The notes beneath the pieces were generated by a model, which had not been told where the DNA came from, did not search any database, and worked only from the letters and a program-made list of their open reading frames with translations. A stretch of DNA of 64,000 nt, from assembly GCA_963730185.1 (NCBI GenBank), contig CAVSQW010000009.1:256001-320000 (forward strand). Direction: 5' to 3'. The DNA is from an uncultured Gemmatimonadales bacterium. Its GTDB lineage: Bacteria; Gemmatimonadota; Gemmatimonadetes; Gemmatimonadales; GWC2-71-9. Positions 57,719-64,000 of the stretch are shown here, piece after piece; positions within the stretch are counted from its first letter, which is position 1; each line of letters starts with the position of its first letter. A program made the translations under genes and the position numbers.

Positions 57719-60418
57719 ATGCGCCACCCCCGGTCCAGCGTCCGTCTGGCGTTCCGTGGTGTTCTCGCGTGGGCGCTCACGGCCCTTCCGCTCGCCGCGC
57801 AGCAGGCGGCTCCTCCGGACGTCGCGGCCCAGCTCGCGGCGGATCGCGCCCTGTTGGCCAAGGAGACGTACCAGGTGCCGCCGCCGGAGGTCGCCCAGCT
57901 GGTGACGGCGCCGCGATGGAAGAACGTCTCGCTCACCCGGGCGGCCCCAAACCGGCGGTATTTTCTCAAGGAACAGAGCGACGGTCTGACCGACGTGACC
58001 GCGTTCGGCAAGCCCCACTACTACTTCGCCGGGCTCCAGGTCGACTTCAAGGCCAACCGGGCGCGGAGCCTAACGACCCGGGGCGCCGCGGGGCTCGAGG
58101 TGATCGACGCCACCACGGGCAGGTCGACCACCATCACGACGCCGGCCAACGCCACGGTCTCGAGCCCGGTCTGGTCATCGGACGGCAATCAGCTGGCGTT
58201 CATCGCGAACTTCGACGACGGCTCCCAGCTCTACGTCGCCGACGTGGCCACCGGCAAGTCGCGGCAAGTCACCCGGACCCCGCTCCTGGCCACCCTGGTC
58301 ACCACGGTCGATTGGACCGCCGACGGGAAGAGCGTCATCGCCGTGCTGGTGCCCGACGGCCGAGGCCCCGAGCCCGCCAAGCCGGCGGTCGCCACCGGGC
58401 CCGAGGTCCGGCTCTGGATCGACAGCGTCAAGTCGGCGGAGCGGAACTGGGCCAGCCTGCTCGAGACGCCCTACGACGCCGAGCTCATGGAGTACTACGT
58501 CACGGGGCAGCTGGCCTTGATCGACGTCAAGTCGCGCGCGGTGCGGAAGGTCGGCACCCCGGCCATGATCCAACGGGTCGACGCCGGTCCCGAGGGGCGG
58601 TACTTCCTGGTCACCACGATGCGGACGCCCTTCTCCTACGTGGTGCCCTACGGCGACTTCGGCGAGGCGCAGGAGATCTGGGACGCGAGCGGCAAAGTCC
58701 TGGCGGAGGTGTCCCGCCATCCGACCCGAGTCGGCGACGACACCACCCGCGGTCCAGGCCGGTCGTCCAGCGATACCACCAGGCGGGACATCGCCTGGAT
58801 GCCCGCCGGCGAGGGGCTCTACTACCTGGAGCGGGCCCCGTCTCGCCGGGCCGAGAGTGACTCCACCGACGCCGACCAGGGGAACGGTCGCCCCGGACGG
58901 AACGGGGGCCGCCCGGATCGGCTGGTGCAGTGGCTTCCGCCCTTTGGTCCGTCCGACACCAAGGTGCTCTACACCCACGACGGTCCGATCTCGGATCTGG
59001 TGTTTTCCGACGACGCGACGTCGATCTTCGTCGCCTCGACCCGGAACGGCACCGGCGAGATCGTCGGGGTGAAGCTCGACGAGCCCGCCAAGAAGTACCC
59101 GATCACCCGGATGCGGGGCTACACGCCGTCCTTCACCGGCGACGGCCGTCCTTCGCGGGGCTTCTTCAACCGTCGGGGTGGCTCGCCGGCCGACTCGCTC
59201 TCGTTCTACAACGATCCGGGGGCGCTGGTCACCAAGCGGGGGACCCGGGGTGGTGGGGTGGCCCAGGTCTCGTCGGACGGCGCCGTGTTCCTCTCGGGCA
59301 CCCGCTATTCGCGGGACTGGATGGTCAACCCGCCGCGGCCGTTCGTCGACAAGGTGGTGATCCGGACCGGCGCCAAGAGCCGGATCTTCGAGGGCGCGAG
59401 CGGGCTGTCGGAGGCGGTGGGGACGCCCCTCGACGACGACTTCAGTCGGGTGATCGTGACCCGCGAGTCACCGACCACGGTGCCGAACGCCTATCTCGTC
59501 ACCACGGCGTCGGGCGCCGCCACGCAGCTGACCCAGAACGTCGACTATCAGCCCGAGTTCACCAGCGCCGTCCGGAAGAAGATGTTCGTGACCCGGCCCG
59601 ACGGGATCAAGTTCCTGGTGGACCTGACCCTGCCGGCCGACTACCGGCCCGGTACCCGGCTTCCGGCGATGCTCTGGTTCTACCCCTACGAGTTCACCGA
59701 TCAGACGAGCTACGACCGGAGCATCCGCACCGAAGACGTGAACCGGTTCCCGACCGGCAACGCCCGGACGATCGAGTATCTGGTGACGCAGGGCTACGCG
59801 GTGGCCAACTTCGACCCGCCGATCGTCGGGCCGGCCGGCCGGATGAACGACAACTACGTCTCGGACCTCCGGATGAACGTGGCGACCGTGATCGACGCCC
59901 TCGATCGGGAGGGGTACGTCGACCGGGCCCGCCTGGCGATCGGCGGGCACAGCTACGGCGCCTTCAGCACCGCCAACGCCATGGTGCACACGCCGTTCTT
60001 CAAGGCCGGCATCGCCGGCGACGGCATGTACAACCGGACGCTCACGCCGAACGGCTTCCAGTTCGAGCGGCGCGATCTCTGGAGCGGGCAGCGGGCCTAT
60101 CTCGACATGTCGCCGATGCTGGACGCCGATCACTTGCAGGGCGCCTTGCTGATGTACCACGGGATGGAGGATCAGAACGTCGGCACCACCTTGATCAGCT
60201 CGATCCGGATGATGCAGGCGCTCCGGGCCTACGGGAAAACGGCGGCGCTGTACATGTACCCGTACGAGGATCACGGTCCTGCCGCGGAGGAGACCCTGCT
60301 CGACCTCTGGTCGCGGTGGACGGCGTGGCTCGACATCTACGTCAAGCATGCCGGAGTCACGGCGCCCAAACCCGCCGCGACGACCACGGCCGGAGACAAA
60401 GCACTCCAGCCGCGTTAG
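57719..60418 (+). CDS. Secreted S9 prolyl-oligopeptidase-family peptidase
   Basis: GGHSYG, YNRTLTPNGFQ, HGMEDQN, YPYEDH; signal peptide; start trimmed. Confidence 0.92.
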   Translation: MRHPRSSVRLAFRGVLAWALTALPLAAQQAAPPDVAAQLAADRALLAKETYQVPPPEVAQLVTAPRWKNVSLTRAAPNRRYFLKEQSDGLTDVTAFGKPHYYFAGLQVDFKANRARSLTTRGAAGLEVIDATTGRSTTITTPANATVSSPVWSSDGNQLAFIANFDDGSQLYVADVATGKSRQVTRTPLLATLVTTVDWTADGKSVIAVLVPDGRGPEPAKPAVATGPEVRLWIDSVKSAERNWASLLETPYDAELMEYYVTGQLALIDVKSRAVRKVGTPAMIQRVDAGPEGRYFLVTTMRTPFSYVVPYGDFGEAQEIWDASGKVLAEVSRHPTRVGDDTTRGPGRSSSDTTRRDIAWMPAGEGLYYLERAPSRRAESDSTDADQGNGRPGRNGGRPDRLVQWLPPFGPSDTKVLYTHDGPISDLVFSDDATSIFVASTRNGTGEIVGVKLDEPAKKYPITRMRGYTPSFTGDGRPSRGFFNRRGGSPADSLSFYNDPGALVTKRGTRGGGVAQVSSDGAVFLSGTRYSRDWMVNPPRPFVDKVVIRTGAKSRIFEGASGLSEAVGTPLDDDFSRVIVTRESPTTVPNAYLVTTASGAATQLTQNVDYQPEFTSAVRKKMFVTRPDGIKFLVDLTLPADYRPGTRLPAMLWFYPYEFTDQTSYDRSIRTEDVNRFPTGNARTIEYLVTQGYAVANFDPPIVGPAGRMNDNYVSDLRMNVATVIDALDREGYVDRARLAIGGHSYGAFSTANAMVHTPFFKAGIAGDGMYNRTLTPNGFQFERRDLWSGQRAYLDMSPMLDADHLQGALLMYHGMEDQNVGTTLISSIRMMQALRAYGKTAALYMYPYEDHGPAAEETLLDLWSRWTAWLDIYVKHAGVTAPKPAATTTAGDKALQPR

Positions 60419-60834
60419 GTCAGGCCACCGGCCGCCGCCGAGGAGGGCGCGCTGGCCAGCCCTCGGGGAAGGCGGCTCGACGCCAGGGTGATCCACTCCC
60501 AGGCCTCGTCGACCTCGCGACGGGAGAAGAACCGACATTCGGCCCCGCAGGCCGCATGGATCGCGCGGGTCGCGACGTCCTCCCAGTCGGCATCGCCGAT
60601 CAGGACGATTCGCTCCAACCCGTCGAGGTGCTCGCCGAACTTGAGATCCTCCCAGAAAGCGTCGGGCGTGTCATAGGGGAACGTCCTGAGGTCGATCAGC
60701 ATTCGGGGGGAGCCCTGCGCGGCGACCGCCTGGCCGACGTCGTTCGCGATGGCTCGAGCCTCGCCTGGCTCGAGCGGTCCAGTGATCTCGTAACCGAGGA
60801 TGTTGTCGGTGCTGCGGGGGAGCTTGCGATACAT
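60415..60834 (-). CDS. SpoIIAA-like (STAS/SEC14) protein
   Basis: NILGYEITG, AFWEDLKF, ERIVLIGD, RFF...EAWEWI; SD GGAGG before ATG 60834. Confidence 0.8.
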   Translation of the reverse strand: MYRKLPRSTDNILGYEITGPLEPGEARAIANDVGQAVAAQGSPRMLIDLRTFPYDTPDAFWEDLKFGEHLDGLERIVLIGDADWEDVATRAIHAACGAECRFFSRREVDEAWEWITLASSRLPRGLASAPSSAAAGGLT

Positions 60835-61091
60835 GGGACCTCCGTCCGGGCCGGGTGACTCGGCACCTGGATGGCGGCACCCTGTCAGGGGAAGGAGCGT
60901 CGCGATCACGAAGCCAGCGGCAGTCTCGCCCGGGGTTCCGCTCCGGGAGTCGAGCACCTCGTACCCTCGGACTATACCCGGAGCGGGCGGCGGGGTAAAC
61001 CGCGATCCCTAATCCCTTGTCGGCGCGTGTCGCGCCCCCTCCGCAATTGGCGTAGGTTTGCCGGGTCCTTTCCCCAACCTCCGGCGAGCCA

Positions 61092-62453
61092 GTGTCTTCT
61101 CCTTCGGTCAGTTACGCTCGGCGGCTCGGCCTGGCGAGCGGCACCATGGCGGTGATCGGCGGGATCATCGGGTCGGGGATCTTCCTCAACCCGTCGATCG
61201 TGGCGCAGCGGGTCGGCTCGGCGCCGCTGACACTGCTGGCCTGGATCCTGGGCGGCGTGGTGGCGGTGCTGGGTGGCTTCATCTACGGCGAGCTGGGGCA
61301 GCGCATGCCGGAGGCGGGTGGCGGATATGCCTACCTCCGTGACGGTCTCCATCCCCTGCTGGGCTTTCTCTACGCCTGGGCGCTCCTGCTCACCATCGCC
61401 ACGGGGGCGGCGGCCGCGGTCGCCTACACCTTCGCCTCCTACGCGGCCGCCCTGATCGGGTTGGGCCCCCGGAGCGTCGCCCCGCTGGCCGCGGGCGCCA
61501 TCTGGGCCTTTGCCTTGGTGAATCTCTTCGGGGTGCAGTTCGGGGCCTGGACCCAGAACCTGTTCGTGGTCCTCAAGCTTGCCGCGCTCGGCCTGCTGAT
61601 CGTCGCCGGGTTCCTGCTCGTGCCGACCGGGCCGCTACCGAGTTGCGGGGACTGTCCGGCTCTGGTTCCGCCGTCCGGCTTCGGGGCCGCGTTCGGGGCA
61701 ATGGCCGCCGCGTTCGTGCCGGTGCTGTTCGCGTACGGGGGCTGGCAGCAGACCAACTTCATCGCCGAAGAGATCATCGAGCCCGAGAGGAACCTGCCCC
61801 GAGCCCTGATCCTGGGGGTGGCGGTGGTGGTGACGGTCTATCTGCTGGCCAACGGCGCCTACCTTCGCGCTCTCGGCGCGGGAGGCCTGGCGGCCAGCCG
61901 GGCCCCGGCGGCCGACACCCTCGGCCTCACCCTCGGACCGGTGGGGCGCCGCCTGATCGCCCTCGGCGTCGCGGTTTCCACCGCGGGGTTCCTCAACCTG
62001 GTCACGATGGTCTCGCCCCGGGTGTACCAAGCCATGGCGCGCGACGGCCTCTTCTTCGAGGCGTTCGCCCGGCTCCATCCCCGTTGGCGGACCCCGGTGG
62101 TGGCGATCCTGTTCCAGGCGGCCTGGGCCACCGCTTTGCTCTACTCAGGCACCTACGCCCAGCTGCTCGACTATGTGGTCTTCGCCGACTGGATCTTCTT
62201 CGGGCTCACCGCGGTGGCGCTGCTCATGATTCGTCGCCGGGATCCGGCGGGCAGGTCGCGCGGATTCCGCGTTCCGGGATACCCGGTAACGGTTTGGCTT
62301 TTCATCGGGGCGGCCGCCTACGTCTTGGTCGGGTCGGTGCTATCGAATCCCGGCAATGCCCTCCGCGGCGCCGGCCTGCTGGCGTTGGGCGTGCCGCTCT
62401 ACCTCTGGCGTCGCGAGTCTCGACGCTCCAGGGGGCCGATGGAGCGAAATTAG
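61092..62453 (+). CDS. APC family amino-acid permease
   Basis: IGGIIGSGIF, YGELG, FAYGGW, AEEIIEPERNLPR, FRVPGYP. Confidence 0.92.
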   Translation: MSSPSVSYARRLGLASGTMAVIGGIIGSGIFLNPSIVAQRVGSAPLTLLAWILGGVVAVLGGFIYGELGQRMPEAGGGYAYLRDGLHPLLGFLYAWALLLTIATGAAAAVAYTFASYAAALIGLGPRSVAPLAAGAIWAFALVNLFGVQFGAWTQNLFVVLKLAALGLLIVAGFLLVPTGPLPSCGDCPALVPPSGFGAAFGAMAAAFVPVLFAYGGWQQTNFIAEEIIEPERNLPRALILGVAVVVTVYLLANGAYLRALGAGGLAASRAPAADTLGLTLGPVGRRLIALGVAVSTAGFLNLVTMVSPRVYQAMARDGLFFEAFARLHPRWRTPVVAILFQAAWATALLYSGTYAQLLDYVVFADWIFFGLTAVALLMIRRRDPAGRSRGFRVPGYPVTVWLFIGAAAYVLVGSVLSNPGNALRGAGLLALGVPLYLWRRESRRSRGPMERN

Positions 62454-62628
62454 GCACGGCGGAGCCGATCGGCCTTCGCCAAGCCTCCGCGGGCGCCCCC
62501 CTCAGTCAGGGGAGCCGGCGCCTCACCTGTCCTTTTCCCGTCGTTCAATCTCAACCAGCCGCACGCTGACGGTCCCGGCCGTCGGCCGGACCGGCGTGAC
62601 GGTATAGGCACTAGCGGGAGGCAGTCCG

Positions 62629-63009
62629 ATGAAAGGTTCGATCTCGATCTTGATGACGAGCGCGGCATTCCTGGCTGCGGGTTGCGCCCAGAGCACACTG
62701 ACGTCCCCCGGCTCCGGTCCGGCCCAGGTGTTGATCGCGAGCGGTGATGCGCAGACCGCCGCCGTCGGGGCGCCGCTTCCGACTCCGCTCGGCGTGATGG
62801 TAATCGATGACAACGGCAAGCCCGTGTCGGGCGTGACGGTGGCCTTCGCGGCAACGGCCGGGAGTCTGGCGAGCACCACCGCCACCACCGACGCGAACGG
62901 CATGGCGCAGGACACGTTCACCCTCGGAAGCACCGCGGGCGACGAGACTGTCACCGCCACGGCTGCGGGGGTGCCGACGCCCGCCACGTTCACGGAGACC
63001 GGATCGTAA
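62629..63009 (+). CDS. Lipoprotein with a bacterial Ig-like (Big_1) domain
   Basis: Lipobox LAAGC; SGDAQT, DDNGKPVSGVTVAF, TTDANGMA; SD GGGAGG. Confidence 0.82.
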   Translation: MKGSISILMTSAAFLAAGCAQSTLTSPGSGPAQVLIASGDAQTAAVGAPLPTPLGVMVIDDNGKPVSGVTVAFAATAGSLASTTATTDANGMAQDTFTLGSTAGDETVTATAAGVPTPATFTETGS

Positions 63010-63034
63010 AGCCTCTGTGACGTCAACGCGAACG

Positions 63035-63064
63035 CGAGGGGGGGCGGCGATCCGCCCCCCCTCG
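63035..63064. terminator. 13-bp hairpin between convergent genes
   Basis: CGAGGGGGGGCGG-cgat-CCGCCCCCCCTCG, extendable by ACGCGA/TCGCGT. Confidence 0.65.
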
Positions 63065-63087
63065 TCGCGTCGGGAACCGGTGTCCCC

Positions 63088-63651
63088 TCAGGTCGCGGGC
63101 ACCAGCTCCCGCCGCCACCGCACCAGCCCGTTGAGGGCGAGCCCGAGAAAGACGGCGTACTGCACCGCGGTGGGGTATTCCTGTCGGTACACGAAAAGGG
63201 GGACCGAGATCACGTTCACGGCCACCCAGATGATCCAGGTCTCGAAGTACTTCCGGGCCATCATCCACTGGGCGGCCATGCTGATGACCGAAACGCCGGC
63301 GTCGAGGAACGGCTGCCGGTCCTCGGTGTAGTGCGCCAACGTCCATCCCAACCCGGCCGTGGCGATGGCCGAGAGCCCCAGGATGGCGAGTCCGAGCCCG
63401 GTCGGCGTTCGGGTGACCTTCACCCCTTGGTGCTGCTCCCCTCCGCGGAGCCACTGATACCAGCCGTAGACCGAGATCGCGAAGAACACTACCTGAAGCC
63501 CCATCAGAGCGTAGAGCTTGCCCTGGTAGAAGATCAGGGTGAACAGGGCGACGTTCACGATCCCGGTGGGCCACCCGAGGACGTTCTGCCGGGCGTTGAA
63601 GTACACGGCGACGATGCCGAAGACGACCGCGGTGGTCTCGAGCCAGTTCAT
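63088..63651 (-). CDS. pnuC: PnuC family vitamin (nicotinamide riboside-type) transporter
   Basis: RQNVLGWP, YGWYQW, PFLDA, AQWMMARKYFETWIIW. Confidence 0.9.
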   Translation of the reverse strand: MNWLETTAVVFGIVAVYFNARQNVLGWPTGIVNVALFTLIFYQGKLYALMGLQVVFFAISVYGWYQWLRGGEQHQGVKVTRTPTGLGLAILGLSAIATAGLGWTLAHYTEDRQPFLDAGVSVISMAAQWMMARKYFETWIIWVAVNVISVPLFVYRQEYPTAVQYAVFLGLALNGLVRWRRELVPAT

Positions 63652-64000
63652 CGCCGGGTCTCCGGGGGGCGAAAGTCGTCGAGCCGGGTGAGCAGGTCGT
63701 CGAGGCTTCGGGACAGCACCAACATTCCCCGCTGCGACTCGCGGACGAACCGGTCCAGGGCCTCGTCGCCGGCCCGTTGGAGCAGGGCGGAGTAGTAGCC
63801 GGTCTCGTCGAGCAGGCCGATCGGAAGCGAGGAGCCGCTCACCGCGGCTTCCCAGAGGGCGAGGACCTCCTCGAGCCGATCGAAGGCGCCCGGCAGGGCG
63901 AGGACAGCGTCGGCCAGCATGAGCATCTCGCGGCGCTGCTGGTCGCCGTTCTCGACTCGCCGGGTCTCGGTGAACCCGATCTCGCCGGGGGGGGCCACGC
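63648..64000 (-). CDS. LOG-family homolog with degenerate active site; 5' part outside the window
   Basis: MLMLADAVLALPG...LEE...PIGLLDETGYYSALL...FVR...LL..L..FRPP follows the LOG C-terminal pattern; stop overlaps the pnuC ATG. Confidence 0.65.
   Translation of the reverse strand, partial: VAPPGEIGFTETRRVENGDQQRREMLMLADAVLALPGAFDRLEEVLALWEAAVSGSSLPIGLLDETGYYSALLQRAGDEALDRFVRESQRGMLVLSRSLDDLLTRLDDFRPPETRR

Noticed and set aside
22134..63064. Intergenic hairpins as a REP/MITE family or CRISPR repeats
   Set aside because: They share no clear common sequence or regular spacing and each sits between convergent genes, which fits terminators
138..63795. Many long antisense or off-frame ORFs (e.g. 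734..2146, 29199..31658, 38232..41366, 38456..41671, 47011..49764)
   Set aside because: Arg/Gly/Pro-rich with no family motifs and overlapping well-supported genes; expected shadows of high-GC codon usage
1..64000. Prophage, IS, integron, tRNA/rRNA or anti-phage defence island
   Set aside because: No integrase, transposase, phage, nuclease or RNA-gene signatures seen, and no extended compositional shift; the VWA and kinase genes are over 30 kb apart and not in one operon

Overview
Very GC-rich bacterial chromosomal segment, densely coding, with about 47 real CDS; most of the supplied ORF track is antisense or off-frame shadow. The gene content (duplicated MacB-type 'ADOP' permease, membrane Ser/Thr kinase, many signal-peptide amidohydrolases and peptidases) suggests Gemmatimonadota or a similar lineage; this is inference. 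I see no rRNA, tRNA, CRISPR array, integrase or transposase. Contents: folate module (folB plus fused folK-folP), PadR-HlyD-ABC exporter operon, three APC amino-acid permeases, a DASS symporter, a Ca-type P-type ATPase, a TMEM175 channel, secreted hydrolases (M3, M14, S9, TAP-like, Fes-like, three amidohydrolases), a kinase-M23-aminotransferase fusion, a desaturase and pnuC. Most notable signals: (1) a ~127-nt leader with three stems, two potential pseudoknots and an anti-SD, lying between a sigma70-like promoter and an ankyrin gene (candidate cis-regulatory RNA); (2) the same ECF-type promoter TGAAAC-N17-CGTA upstream of both MacB-type exporter loci, one followed by a phased array of CGATATATCG-like boxes; (3) a frameshift in a G5 run splitting the signal peptide of a Spy/CpxP-like gene; (4) a catalytically degenerate LOG homolog coupled to pnuC; (5) a short uORF coupled to the desaturase start. 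All calls come from motif reading by eye; no searches were run.
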